A stretch of 63,910 nucleotides of DNA, the filler included. It is 4 parts of 4 records of this genome, joined end to end, with 100 filler letters (N's around TTAATTAATTAA, not from the genome) between each part and the next. Parts side by side here need not be neighbours in the genome. Positions count along the whole stretch, not along the records: positions 23,758 to 51,943 come from SRR20825019_2213; 3 more parts are not named here. One strand, written 5' to 3'. Of the stretch, positions 40,172 through 50,489 are shown in pieces (the stretch's first letter is position 1; the number at the start of each line of letters is the position of its first letter). Below the pieces are notes generated by a model. That model was given only the letters and a program-made list of their open reading frames with translations, ran no database searches and had not been told where the DNA came from. The translations under genes were made by a program, and so were the position numbers.

Positions 40172-41117
40172 AAAACATCCGCCAAAGCACGATGATCTGT
40201 CGTGGATGCCTTAAACTCGCCGTGACTAACACTCTCCCGGCCTCAACGATCCGATGTGGACCGCGTTCGACCGAAAGCAGCTTACGCGCGAAATAGACCG
40301 CCAGCAGCGGAAATTTTTCCCGAAGGCTTCGTCTCGTAAAATACGAGTATTGCACGGCTAGACTCGGTGGCGATGACATCCACCCTCCCAATTCCGTAAT
40401 GATTTCCTCGAAGCCTTCTTCCCGTCCGTCGCGGCGGCGTGCCGTGATCAGCCGGATAATATTGGCACTTAAAATCTGGCCAATTCGGAGTTGTTGGGTC
40501 GCCTGCATCGCATGACGTCGATAGGCGATCCCCTCTTCCGGGAGAGCCGTCGTTGACATGACGTCACTCAATCGCGTGAGCACATCATAATCCGCCGCCG
40601 CATTAAAGACCTCGCGATACGGGAAACGGTTCAACGTTTCGCGACGACACATGAAAGTGGGCGTGATCGCGGGCATATCATAACCGTTGAAGAGACGGTG
40701 ATCCCTCTCGCTGAGCAAAGTAAACTCGCGACCTGTCTGCTGTCCTTCGCCATCAATCGTGCGGGCCGCCATGAACAACATCCCCAGTTCGGGTCGAGCG
40801 CGGAGCACCTCGATCTGTCGCGCAATTCTTTCCGGCAGGGCAATATCGTCGGAATCCAACAGCGCCACAAACTCCCCCCGCGCGGCTTGCACCGCACCAT
40901 TGAGTCCGGCGGAAATCCCCCGGTTTTCCGGATATGTGACCAAGCGCAAACGTTCGTCGCGCCCGAACTCGCCCAGATCCACCGGGGTCAATCCGATGCC
41001 GTTATCGACCAAAACCAACTCCAGATCGCGCCAAGTTTGCGTGAGCACACTCTGAATTGCCGGTCGCAAATACGGCGTGTCGCGGTGCGCGACCATGATA
41101 ACGGAAACCACGGGCAT
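40128..41117 (-). CDS. Glycosyltransferase family 2
   Basis: VSVIM, SVLTQT, LVDNG and LDSDD motifs. Confidence 0.92.
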   Translation of the reverse strand: MPVVSVIMVAHRDTPYLRPAIQSVLTQTWRDLELVLVDNGIGLTPVDLGEFGRDERLRLVTYPENRGISAGLNGAVQAARGEFVALLDSDDIALPERIARQIEVLRARPELGMLFMAARTIDGEGQQTGREFTLLSERDHRLFNGYDMPAITPTFMCRRETLNRFPYREVFNAAADYDVLTRLSDVMSTTALPEEGIAYRRHAMQATQQLRIGQILSANIIRLITARRRDGREEGFEEIITELGGWMSSPPSLAVQYSYFTRRSLREKFPLLAVYFARKLLSVERGPHRIVEAGRVLVTASLRHPRQIIVLWRMFFTGPLKTFGLRPVS

Positions 41118-41215
41118 GAGCCGATGCAAACGCATCCCCCGTTCGGAGCAAGCGTGCGCCACTCGTTTCAGGCTCGTCCTGATTCTCAATTTTGTCATGC
41201 GTTGATACCCTTGGC

Positions 41216-42688
41216 ATGACTCTTCCTCCCCTTTGGCGCACCCGAATTACAGCCGCCATCGCCGCAGCCATCGCGGTGTGGCTGGGTGCGGGGTTGGCGC
41301 AAGCCGAGTATTTTTGGCCCACGGTCATCACCGGTTGCCTTCTGTTGCTGACCGCCCGTCACATTCTAGCCATGCCCATCGATGCCCTGCTCGTGGGATC
41401 TATCCTCTTCGGCTATCTGGCGGGAAATCGCGGCTTCGCCCAGATCTCACTCACCGGTGGTTTTCCGCTGTTACCGGCCGAATTTGTGTTGCTGATCGCC
41501 AGCCTGATCCTCGTCGTGCAGGGGGCCATGTATCGGGTGACGATTGTGAGGCGCGAGCTGCTCAATCTCACGATTCTGGTCTGGATCATCATCGGGGCCG
41601 TGCGACTACTTTTCGATATCCGCAGCTTCGGTTTTCTGGCGATCCGCGACTTCGCCATGGTTTATTACGCCTCGTTCTTCTTCATTGCCCAGCACCTCGC
41701 CAGCACGCGTCGGCATCGTAACTGGCTGCATGCTGCCCTGATCGCCGGAACCCTCGGCATGGCAGTGGGTTATCCGCTGGTGCAGGCATTTCCCGATTTC
41801 TTTTTCGGCACCCTCACCCTGCGTGGCAATCCACTGATCTATTACAAGGGAGACCTTGTCGGCACCATGCTAGCCGCCGGAGCCGTGCTCATCTATGTGC
41901 GGCACAGCTTAAGATATCCAATCGTGGCGACGGCGTTGACGCTGCTGCTCCTCGGTCTCGCCTTAACGACCAATAATCGCTCCTCACTCGTCGGACTGGC
42001 GACTGTCACGGGATTACTCCTGCTGGCGCGCCAATGGAAATTCGCCGCCACACAGGCGGTTGCGGGATGCGTCGCGGTGATCGCGATCCTGTTTTTTGCC
42101 CATTTAACAAATACCTCGTGGCAACAGACACCTCTGCACGGCGTTTACGAGCGGGTCGTCTCGATCACTGATCCATTCGGACAGAGAAGCTATTCCGGCG
42201 AAAACACTTATTTCAAAGGAGACAACAATCGTTTCCGCGCCGTGTGGTGGGAAGCGGTTTTTCACGAAACCATCGACGGAAATCCGTGGACCGGGCTCGG
42301 TTTCGGACACGATCTGGCGCGCCAATTTGTGCGCGAATACTATCCCGAACAGGGCGAGGAATTCGATACCCGCAGTCCGCACAACATCGTGTTGACCGTC
42401 TTCGCACGGATGGGACTGCTTGGGTTGATTCCATTTCTGATGATTGGGACACTGCTCGCTTGGCGACTGTTTCTGGCCGCGAGAACCGAAAGCCCCACCC
42501 TCGGTATGTGGTGCGTGGCCTGGATCATCCTGGTGAGTGCGTGTTTCGGGGTGGTGCTCGAAGGGCCGATGGGGGCGGTGATTTTTTGGGTCGCATTGGG
42601 TGTCGCCAACGCGGGGAATGACGAAGAAATCGTAGAATCCGCGTCATTTGAAGCCGAGTCATTGCCAAACGCTTCCACGTCTGTTTGA
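41216..42688 (+). CDS. O-antigen ligase/Wzy-like membrane protein
   Basis: Multi-pass protein with R..WW, GLGFG and PHN...G..G motifs. Confidence 0.85.
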   Translation: MTLPPLWRTRITAAIAAAIAVWLGAGLAQAEYFWPTVITGCLLLLTARHILAMPIDALLVGSILFGYLAGNRGFAQISLTGGFPLLPAEFVLLIASLILVVQGAMYRVTIVRRELLNLTILVWIIIGAVRLLFDIRSFGFLAIRDFAMVYYASFFFIAQHLASTRRHRNWLHAALIAGTLGMAVGYPLVQAFPDFFFGTLTLRGNPLIYYKGDLVGTMLAAGAVLIYVRHSLRYPIVATALTLLLLGLALTTNNRSSLVGLATVTGLLLLARQWKFAATQAVAGCVAVIAILFFAHLTNTSWQQTPLHGVYERVVSITDPFGQRSYSGENTYFKGDNNRFRAVWWEAVFHETIDGNPWTGLGFGHDLARQFVREYYPEQGEEFDTRSPHNIVLTVFARMGLLGLIPFLMIGTLLAWRLFLAARTESPTLGMWCVAWIILVSACFGVVLEGPMGAVIFWVALGVANAGNDEEIVESASFEAESLPNASTSV

Positions 42689-43932
42689 TGCAGAAGAATT
42701 CCGTGAACCTTTCCTCGCCACTCGACAGACTCAGTTTCATCAAAACCACCACACGCGGGAGGTGGGATTTACTTAATCCGTTGTGTATAATATGTTTGAG
42801 TGCTTTCGGTGTCTTTTTCATCTACAGCGCCCAACTGACGGAGAATGGCATCAATTGGATCACTCAACTGGTCTGGCTGGTCGGCGGAACCGCGATCTAT
42901 CTGGCTGTTTCGATGATCGACTACCGGTTTTGGCTCACGGTGGCCCATTGGCTCTATGCACTGGCGATCCTCCCTCTCATTCTGGTGCTCATTCCCGGGA
43001 TCGGCAGTTCCGTCTATGGGGCCCAGCGCTGGATCGATTTCGGCTTCTTTGGTTTCCAACCTTCTGAAACAGCGAAAGTTGCCGTATTGCTGATCACCGC
43101 GAGCCTCTTGGTGCGCGCCAAAATCGGCACCGTCAGCCAATCCATCGGAGTATTGGGCAAATTGGCACTTGCGGTCGGTATCCCACTGGTTCTTATCCTG
43201 CTACAACCCGACCTGAAGTCGGCCATTGTGCTGCCCCCGATGGTCTTTTCCATGCTCTTCGTATCCAAGCTCTCAGCCCGATTTTTTGCGGGAGCGCTCG
43301 CGGCCTTCCTACTCATTGTGAGTCTGGTGGCGTGGGACACTTATCGCTACATAGATTACATGGATTCCAATGAGCTCTCTTACACCCGCGATAAGGGTGC
43401 TTTTGAGCCCCATTCTTGGATTCCGCTGCACGATTATCAGCGTAATCGCATCATTTCATTCGTTAAGCCCGACGAAATCGATCCCATGGGGATCGGTTGG
43501 AACCAACGCCAGTCACTCATCTCCGTCGGGAGCGGAGGAGTCTTTGGCAAAGGTTGGACGGAAGGCACGCAGGCCCAACTCGGCTACCTGCCCCGCTCTG
43601 TCGCGCATAACGATTTCATTTTCTCGGTTATCGCCGAGGAGAAAGGTTTACTGGGAAGTCTTACGGTTCTCAGCCTGTTTGGTTTAATCATGTTTAATGG
43701 AATACGCATCGCCGGAATGGCCCGCGATCGCCTCGGCACAGTTATTGCCGTGGGGGTTACGGTGTTATTCATGGTGCATGTCTTTGTTAACATCGCGATG
43801 ACCATCGGACTCGTGCCCATTACGGGCATACCGCTTCCCTTCATTAGCTACGGTGGCTCCTTTGTGCTCAGTTGCTGCTTGCTGCAAGGACTGGTTCAGA
43901 GCGTCTATCGATTCCGCAAGGACTTTACGTAA
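42688..43932 (+). CDS. rodA: SEDS family rod-shape protein RodA
   Basis: GAQRWI, QPSE, QPD, GSGG..GKG, HNDFIF and PITGIPLPFISYGGS motifs. Confidence 0.88.
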   Translation: MQKNSVNLSSPLDRLSFIKTTTRGRWDLLNPLCIICLSAFGVFFIYSAQLTENGINWITQLVWLVGGTAIYLAVSMIDYRFWLTVAHWLYALAILPLILVLIPGIGSSVYGAQRWIDFGFFGFQPSETAKVAVLLITASLLVRAKIGTVSQSIGVLGKLALAVGIPLVLILLQPDLKSAIVLPPMVFSMLFVSKLSARFFAGALAAFLLIVSLVAWDTYRYIDYMDSNELSYTRDKGAFEPHSWIPLHDYQRNRIISFVKPDEIDPMGIGWNQRQSLISVGSGGVFGKGWTEGTQAQLGYLPRSVAHNDFIFSVIAEEKGLLGSLTVLSLFGLIMFNGIRIAGMARDRLGTVIAVGVTVLFMVHVFVNIAMTIGLVPITGIPLPFISYGGSFVLSCCLLQGLVQSVYRFRKDFT

Positions 43933-44031
43933 AAATGAAGCCTCGCCTCGATATCGACCTCTCGACCGGGATTTCCTGCGCCGCAACTACCGCCCAAGGC
44001 TGCTCCGTCACATCCCCCCACATCACGCACC

Positions 44032-45792
44032 ATGAGCGACAACTCACCACGCAAACCCGGAACCCGCCAGGATTCCGCCCAGAAGTATGACGAAGAATTG
44101 GCCAATCCCCCGGAAGTCGGAGCCGCCGCCCCGATTGACTCCAAGGAACTGAAAAACGGCGCTACCGAGCGCTCCAAAAAACGCCCTTTACTCGAAAAAG
44201 TCCTGTCCGTCTTCAAAAAAGAGAAGGAATCCTACCGCGAACTCATCATCAATTCCGAGCCACTCGAAAAACGGGTGGCCCTCCTTGTTGATGGCCGGTT
44301 GGACAAATTTGAAATCGAGCGCGATGCCGACAACCGCATGGTCGGTGGTATCTACAAAGGCCGGATCAAGAACCTCGATCCCGGCCTGAAAGCCGCGTTC
44401 GTCGATATCGGTTACACCAAAAACGCCTTCCTGCACTATTGGGATATGCTCCCCGCCGCCGCCGATTCGTCGGTCGAGGTCGTGCGCGTGAACCGCAAGA
44501 AGAAGTCCAAAAACCGGAACAACAATAATAGCAACGAGCCGACGATTAAGGACATCCCCAAGATGTATCCCGCCGGTTCGGAGATCGTTATTCAGGTCAC
44601 CAAGGGCCCCATCGGCACCAAGGGGCCCCGCACCACGACCAACCTCTCCTTTCCCGGACGTTATCTTATCCTGATGCCCTACAGCGAAGGCTGCGGCATC
44701 TCGCGCAAGATCGAAGACCCGGCCGAACGCAAGCGTCTCAAGCAGATGCTCAACGAGCTCACCATCCCGGAAGGTATGGGTGTGATCGTGCGCACCGCCG
44801 GTGAAGGCAAGAAGACCCGCTATTTTGTGCGCGACCTGCACATTCTCATCAAAAAATGGGAATCGATCACCGAGCGCATGGAAACCGAACGCGCCCCGGC
44901 CTGCCTTTATCAGGAGCCCGATCTCGTCGAACGCACCGTGCGCGACTTCCTCACAGAAGAAGTGGACCGTGTGCTTATTGACGATCCGGAAGGTCACAAA
45001 CGCACGCAGGATCTCGTCGGCCTCATCTCCAAACGCTCGCGCTCGAAGATTGCCCTCTACGACGACACCATTCCGATCTTCGAACGCTTCAACATCGAAC
45101 GTCAGATCGAGCAAACCTTCCATCGTCGCGTTTCCCTCCCCTCCGGCGGTGAAATCGTGATCGAAGAGACCGAGGCGCTCATCTCCATCGATGTGAACAC
45201 CGGTTCGCATAAGAACCGTGGGGGCGACGAAAAGAACACCATCTACGCTGTGAATCTCGAATCCGCGGTCGAAGTCGCCCGTCAGATCCGCCTGCGGAAT
45301 CTCGGTGGCCTCATCATCATCGATTTTATCGACATGAAGGACCGCCGCCATCGCAACGCCATCTACGACAAGATGGTCGATGAAATGGCCCTCGATAAGG
45401 CGAAGAATCACATCCTCCCGATCTCGACGCTCGGCATCATGCAAATGACCCGCCAGCGCCAGCAGGAATCGCTCTCGAGCAATCTCTACACCGATTGTCC
45501 GTATTGTCGCGGCCGCGGTATCGTGAAGAGCGCGACCACCATGTCGGTCGAGCTGCAACGCAAACTCGCCTCCGTCATCCGTCGCCTCACGGTGCGCGAA
45601 GACAGCCCCGAGTATTCGCTCCGCGTCCTCGTCCACCCGAGCATCCTCGAACGTCTCCGCAAGGAAGACGCCGATCTCCTCGTGCGGATGGAAAAGCTTC
45701 ACAACGTGAAACTGGCCTTCCGCGCCGACCTCAACTACCACGTCGAGAACTACAAGATCATCAACGCCGACACCGGCGAAGAGTATCGGTAA
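44032..45792 (+). CDS. Ribonuclease E/G family (RNase G-sized)
   Basis: S1 domain (AAFVDIG), [22 protein letters not shown] and CPYC.G.G zinc link. Confidence 0.95.
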   Translation: MSDNSPRKPGTRQDSAQKYDEELANPPEVGAAAPIDSKELKNGATERSKKRPLLEKVLSVFKKEKESYRELIINSEPLEKRVALLVDGRLDKFEIERDADNRMVGGIYKGRIKNLDPGLKAAFVDIGYTKNAFLHYWDMLPAAADSSVEVVRVNRKKKSKNRNNNNSNEPTIKDIPKMYPAGSEIVIQVTKGPIGTKGPRTTTNLSFPGRYLILMPYSEGCGISRKIEDPAERKRLKQMLNELTIPEGMGVIVRTAGEGKKTRYFVRDLHILIKKWESITERMETERAPACLYQEPDLVERTVRDFLTEEVDRVLIDDPEGHKRTQDLVGLISKRSRSKIALYDDTIPIFERFNIERQIEQTFHRRVSLPSGGEIVIEETEALISIDVNTGSHKNRGGDEKNTIYAVNLESAVEVARQIRLRNLGGLIIIDFIDMKDRRHRNAIYDKMVDEMALDKAKNHILPISTLGIMQMTRQRQQESLSSNLYTDCPYCRGRGIVKSATTMSVELQRKLASVIRRLTVREDSPEYSLRVLVHPSILERLRKEDADLLVRMEKLHNVKLAFRADLNYHVENYKIINADTGEEYR

Positions 45793-45831
45793 GTTCGCAG
45801 TAAGCCATAAGCTATCAGCGAGATGCTTCTC

Positions 45832-45874
45832 AGAAGCCCGTCGGGAGTCATGCTCTCAGACGGGCTTCTTTATT
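45832..45874. terminator. Intrinsic terminator after the RNase E/G gene
   Basis: AGAAGCCCGTC...GACGGGCTTCT stem followed by TTATT. Confidence 0.7.
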
Positions 45875-45901
45875 CTCGGAGCTTCTGCCGGAGAAATTTT
45901 C

Positions 45902-47974
45902 CTACAGGATTTTTTCCGGATCTTCAGAATGAACGATCAGTTCCTGGAGAATCGCTTCCTTCACGATGGAGGCGGTCACCGGATCCAATTGATCCGTTGA
46001 GGCAACCGCGGCTTGCGCGGCGGTCAGGATGGCCTCTCGTTCTGACAAGCCCAGATTGGCGGCCGCCTTTCTCGCTGCCGTGACGGCTTCCGCGGCGATC
46101 TGTCCCGGATCCAAGCCGGCTTCGCTGGCACCCACGACCGCTCCATAAGCGGCGCCACGGAGAGCATCTTTGGGATCGGCAGACGTCTTGCCGAGTGCCT
46201 CCATCGTCGTGCCGACCGCTTCCCGGGCTAACGCATTTCGTTCCTTTCGAGTCTTACCGCCGGCTATTTGAATCGCACCCCGAACGGCACCGTGTGCGAT
46301 GGCGGCAGCGTGGTGACTGATGTCTCCTGCTCCTTCACGTGCTTTGTCCAGCAATCCGCTCAATCGCGATCCCAGTTGAGTCGCGGTCTGCTTTCCCTGG
46401 CCGAGAGTCTGCGCAGTCAGTTTGATCGATGACGACAATTGATGAGCCGTTACGCCGAGGGCCACATCGAGACCGGGCACCTGGGAAAAGGGTCGCATGG
46501 AACCGAGGGGGAAATTAGCCACAAAACTCAGTCCGGGCACTGAGTTGAGAACGCGCAGATTTTGCCGGGTTTGCGACATCAGTTCGTCCATCACTTCCTG
46601 TGAGGCCACTTCACCCTTTTCGTGCATTCGGGACAACAGGCCGACCGTGAAAACCCCGAGAACGAAGGCGATCGCAAACAGGAAATCGAATCCGGTGAGA
46701 AAGAATGCCGGAAAGTCGATTACCCGGGACGGATCCATCCACTCAATCACCACTTTGAGGTGACGGACATCAAAGAAATCAGCGAAGGCACCTCCCAGGA
46801 GAGGACCGATCCCGGCACCAAGACTCGCCGAAAGAGATACCGCGGTCAGGTAGGAAGTCGCCTGGGCCGATGGCGACATCTTCATGCGAATGGTCGTCGT
46901 GGTGATATTGATACCGGCGCTGGCGATACCGATGAGCATGTGCAGAAAAACCAGGAGCGGCAGGGTCAAAAAGTGAGCCTCGGGCATTGTCGTAAAGGTC
47001 CAACCCAGGATCACCAGAAAGTAGAGCGACGACGAGAGCGTGAGCACGATCTTGCTGCCGAACCGGTCCACGATCGGTCCCCAAACCCGCAGAAAGATGA
47101 TATTGAAGACCTGACTGAGAACACCCAATCCCACCACTGCGGTCAGCGACATGTTGAGTTTCACGAGCATATAGACCGTGAAAAAAGGAACCGCCAGATG
47201 GGCCACGAAGTTCCACATGAAGGTGAACTTGATCAATTGCCGGAAGTTGGTGTCTCGCAAGGGAGCACTCAGGCTATTGAGGATCGAGGGGCGTGGGCCT
47301 TCGGGCACCGCCATCTGCGGTTCGGGCATCCGGGCCATGAATGCGACGGCCGCGAAACCGAAGATCACGCTTCCCACGAGCATGGCGTAGGAGTAACCAA
47401 AAATCTCCGCCGCCGGCCCCGATTCTTTCCACCAGTCTATGTAACCCGCCGCCAGAATGGCTGCGATGGCTGCCGCGATGGTGGCTAAACGGAGACGCTG
47501 CGCGAAAAAATTGCCCATGATATCCTGAGGAACAATATCCCTCAGCCAGCCATTCCACGCCGTGTTCACGAATGCGTTGGCCATCCCTCTCAGCGCGATA
47601 AAAACGAGCATGACCGTGATCGCAGTCGGATTCGGCACATCGATGAAGAATGGGATCAACGCGATGGGAATCCACATGGTGTAGGCGATAAAATACGCCG
47701 TGACCGTAATGAGTTTGCGCATGCGGAGTCGCTCCACGAGCAAGACGGCCAGCAGCTGCAACGGCTGCACGATAAAGGGAATCGCGGTCATCACACCTAT
47801 TTGGAAATTAGTGGCCCCCAGAATCAGGGCAAAGGCCGCCAGAAAGCCACCGGACGCCAGACCATCCGCTCCCGAGGCGGAGACCGCCTGCAGGGTCATG
47901 TTGCGCAAACCACGATCGCGGGCCTCGTCGTTGAGATCAGGAATGGGTCTGAGGAATTTGGGGATGACGTTCAT
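45902..47974 (-). CDS. MFS transporter with a long Ala-rich C-terminal extension
   Basis: About 12 transmembrane helices, WG..VDRFG motif, then roughly 200 residues of Ala/Gly-rich tail. Confidence 0.8.
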   Translation of the reverse strand: MNVIPKFLRPIPDLNDEARDRGLRNMTLQAVSASGADGLASGGFLAAFALILGATNFQIGVMTAIPFIVQPLQLLAVLLVERLRMRKLITVTAYFIAYTMWIPIALIPFFIDVPNPTAITVMLVFIALRGMANAFVNTAWNGWLRDIVPQDIMGNFFAQRLRLATIAAAIAAILAAGYIDWWKESGPAAEIFGYSYAMLVGSVIFGFAAVAFMARMPEPQMAVPEGPRPSILNSLSAPLRDTNFRQLIKFTFMWNFVAHLAVPFFTVYMLVKLNMSLTAVVGLGVLSQVFNIIFLRVWGPIVDRFGSKIVLTLSSSLYFLVILGWTFTTMPEAHFLTLPLLVFLHMLIGIASAGINITTTTIRMKMSPSAQATSYLTAVSLSASLGAGIGPLLGGAFADFFDVRHLKVVIEWMDPSRVIDFPAFFLTGFDFLFAIAFVLGVFTVGLLSRMHEKGEVASQEVMDELMSQTRQNLRVLNSVPGLSFVANFPLGSMRPFSQVPGLDVALGVTAHQLSSSIKLTAQTLGQGKQTATQLGSRLSGLLDKAREGAGDISHHAAAIAHGAVRGAIQIAGGKTRKERNALAREAVGTTMEALGKTSADPKDALRGAAYGAVVGASEAGLDPGQIAAEAVTAARKAAANLGLSEREAILTAAQAAVASTDQLDPVTASIVKEAILQELIVHSEDPEKIL

Positions 47975-48379
47975 ATCAATTGGCGACTCCGCTGCCGATC
48001 AGGAGGAACTGGCAGCAGAGGGGAAAAAAATGGAGAGGACAATCTTTCAACCAAGATTTGAGTCAGCAATCACGGGCAAGGCGGCGTCGGGAGAGCCGGC
48101 CTGTTGCTCATTAAATCATGACAACCTACCTTGGTCGGTATAGCGGATTTCGATGCCGACATCTTCAATCTGATCGTGACAGGGCCTAGCCCATCCGAGC
48201 TATCGGAAAGATGCCGCGAGTAGAATCGACCGTGTCACCTCGCAATCGCCTCTATTTATCCACGTGAAGTGTGATCCGTTAACTTTCCTTATAATGAATC
48301 ACGATGACGTTCCCTTCTGTCCTCCATAGAATCAGGTATCCGGGTTGCTTATGCCGAGAATGATCGCTAGATCAACATC

Positions 48380-48583
48380 ATGAACAAAATCACATCACTA
48401 TCCCTATTCGTCGCCGGCATCGTGTTATTGGTTTTTGGACTCAATTCCGCAGACTCGGTAACCTCGACCGTTTCGGAAGCCGTCACCGGTGCCCCTACCG
48501 ACAAAAGCATCTGGCTCATTGTTCTGGGTATCATCGCCCTACTTTCCGGAGGCTTCGGCCTCTTCTTTCGCGGTAAGTCCTGA
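48380..48583 (+). CDS. Small two-helix membrane protein (DUF3185-like)
   Basis: MNK..G..LL.FG..S....S...TG.PTD...W pattern. Confidence 0.75.
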   Translation: MNKITSLSLFVAGIVLLVFGLNSADSVTSTVSEAVTGAPTDKSIWLIVLGIIALLSGGFGLFFRGKS

Positions 48584-48690
48584 AGATATTCTCAATATCG
48601 GCGGCGCGTAATATCCGGCCTCGCTCATTCGATCTCCTCGGGAGCCCATCGCGATTGACAGGATCGGGTGCCGAGCTGTGACTTTCTTCC

Positions 48691-50058
48691 ATGGCTCACC
48701 CCGACCACGCCTCGCTCCGGATCCTGATTGCCGATGATCAATCGGATGTGCGTGAAGCGTTGCGACAGTTGCTGAAACCGGAGGGTTATCAGATCCAATC
48801 GGTGCACTCCCCCGCCGCGGTGATCAAGGCCGTCGAGTCAGACGATTACGCGCTTGCGATCATCGATTTGAATTATAACCGCGATACCACGAGCGGACGG
48901 GAAGGGCTGGATCTGTTGCAAAAATTACAGCAGCTCGATGCCACGTTACCCGTCGTTGTGATGACTGCCTGGGCCAGCGTGGAAATTGCGGTCGAAGCCA
49001 TGCGTCGGGGCGCCAGCGATTTCATTACGAAACCGTGGGACAACCCTCGCCTGCTCACCATCGTGAAAAACCAGATCGACCTTGGCCGGGTCGTGCGGGC
49101 CAATCGGCGGCTCGAACAGGAGGTTCAACTCTTGCGAGGTGGTGAGGGTCCGGCCCTCATCGCGGAATCGCCAACCATGCGCCCGATCCTCGAAATGGTT
49201 TCACGGGTGGGCCCGTCCGATGCCAATGTGCTGATCACCGGCGAAAACGGCACCGGCAAGGGACTCATCGCCAGGACGCTTCATGCCGTGAGTTCACGGC
49301 AAGCCCAGCCCTTCATCTCCGTCAACATGGGCGGACTCTCCGACGGTGTTTTTGAGAGCGAATTATTCGGGCATGTGCGCGGGGCGTTTACCGATGCGAA
49401 GAGTGACCGCTCGGGACGATTTGAACTCGCGGATAAGGGCACGCTCTTTCTCGACGAAATCGGCAACATCCCGGCCAACCATCAGGCCAAGATTTTGCGC
49501 ACGGTCGAAACCGGCGAGTTCGAACCTGTGGGTTCTTCGAAAACGCATCACGCGGATGTCAGGCTGATTTCCGCGACCAATTCCGACCTGAACCGCGCCG
49601 TCGAAGAACGCATCTTCCGGCAGGATCTGCTCTTTCGACTCAACACGATTCACATCCATTTGCCACCCCTCCGCGAGCGACGCGAAGATATCAAACCATT
49701 GGCGATGCTCGCTCTCAAAAATCAGAGCGACCGCTATCGTAAATCCATCACCGGCTTCGCCGCCGACGCATTGGATCTGATGCAAAACTATCGTTGGCCG
49801 GGCAACGTGCGCGAGCTTGAGCACTCCGTCGAACGCGCCGTTCTCATGGCCCGGGACAAGGTCATCCGCAGCGCGGATCTCGCCCTCGACGCCCGTCAAT
49901 CCTCGCCGAGTCTCGAAGACATGAATCTCGAAGACGTGGAAGCCTTCCTGATCAAGAAGACGCTCGCCCGCTGCGAAGGCAGCGCCCGTCGCGCCGCCGA
50001 AGAACTCGGCCTGAGCCGCAGCGCGTTTTATCGGCGCTTGGAAAAGTATAAGCTGTAG
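48691..50058 (+). CDS. Sigma-54-dependent response regulator (receiver, AAA+, Fis HTH)
   Basis: ADD receiver, GENGTGK, GAFTDA, LFLDEI, WPGNVREL and C-terminal HTH. Confidence 0.95.
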   Translation: MAHPDHASLRILIADDQSDVREALRQLLKPEGYQIQSVHSPAAVIKAVESDDYALAIIDLNYNRDTTSGREGLDLLQKLQQLDATLPVVVMTAWASVEIAVEAMRRGASDFITKPWDNPRLLTIVKNQIDLGRVVRANRRLEQEVQLLRGGEGPALIAESPTMRPILEMVSRVGPSDANVLITGENGTGKGLIARTLHAVSSRQAQPFISVNMGGLSDGVFESELFGHVRGAFTDAKSDRSGRFELADKGTLFLDEIGNIPANHQAKILRTVETGEFEPVGSSKTHHADVRLISATNSDLNRAVEERIFRQDLLFRLNTIHIHLPPLRERREDIKPLAMLALKNQSDRYRKSITGFAADALDLMQNYRWPGNVRELEHSVERAVLMARDKVIRSADLALDARQSSPSLEDMNLEDVEAFLIKKTLARCEGSARRAAEELGLSRSAFYRRLEKYKL

Positions 50059-50105
50059 GGCCCGCGAAGCAGGCCGCTGTAAGCCTGAAGCAATAAGCTT
50101 TTAGC
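50059..50105 (+). repeat. GAA-triloop hairpin plus heptamer array, left flank of the four-helix-bundle gene
   Basis: GGCCCGC-GAA-GCAGGCC, then TGTAAGC CTGAAGC AATAAGC TTTTAGC. Confidence 0.8.
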
Positions 50106-50135
50106 AAGACGTCTGATCAAATACGATTCTACACT

Positions 50136-50489
50136 GTGAGAGATTTCCGAGAGTTAATAGTCTGGCAGCGTAGTCACCAAATCACGCTGGAACTCTATCG
50201 ACTGAGCAAAAGTTTTCCCAATGAAGAACTCTTTGGGCTCACTAGCCAAATGCGACGTGCGGTCAGCTCCATTCCGGCCAATATCGCCGAAGGTTGTGGT
50301 CGCGATGGAGACGCAGAACTAAAGCGTTTTCTCAACATCGCCCTCGGCTCAGCATGTGAAATAGATTACTTCATCCTGCTTGCAGGTGAATTGGGATACA
50401 TCGATGCCATGACTTCAACAAAGCTAGCCTCTGAAATTTTAGAGATTCGCCGAATGCTCGGGGCTTTCATTCAAAGACTTAAAGCCTAG
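50136..50489 (+). CDS. Four-helix-bundle protein (23S rRNA IVP / Avd-like family)
   Basis: F..L.VWQ, FP.EE.FGLTSQMRRA..SI.ANIAEG.GR and FL.IA.GS..E signature; GTG start. Confidence 0.95.
   Translation: MRDFRELIVWQRSHQITLELYRLSKSFPNEELFGLTSQMRRAVSSIPANIAEGCGRDGDAELKRFLNIALGSACEIDYFILLAGELGYIDAMTSTKLASEILEIRRMLGAFIQRLKA

Noticed and set aside
44188-45741. 517-aa ORF antisense to the RNase E/G gene
   Set aside because: No recognisable motifs; explained by strong codon bias on the sense strand.
47975-48379. 400-bp intergenic region as a possible ncRNA
   Set aside because: I could not recognise a structured RNA motif; it is adequately explained as a divergent promoter region. An Rfam scan would settle it.
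49375-49400. GAFTDA instead of GAFTGA in the sigma-54 activator
   Set aside because: A common natural variant of the loop, not evidence of inactivation.
50136-50489. Diversity-generating retroelement or 23S rRNA intervening sequence, suggested by the Avd/IVP-like protein
   Set aside because: No reverse transcriptase, template/variable repeat pair or rRNA sequence is visible in the contig.
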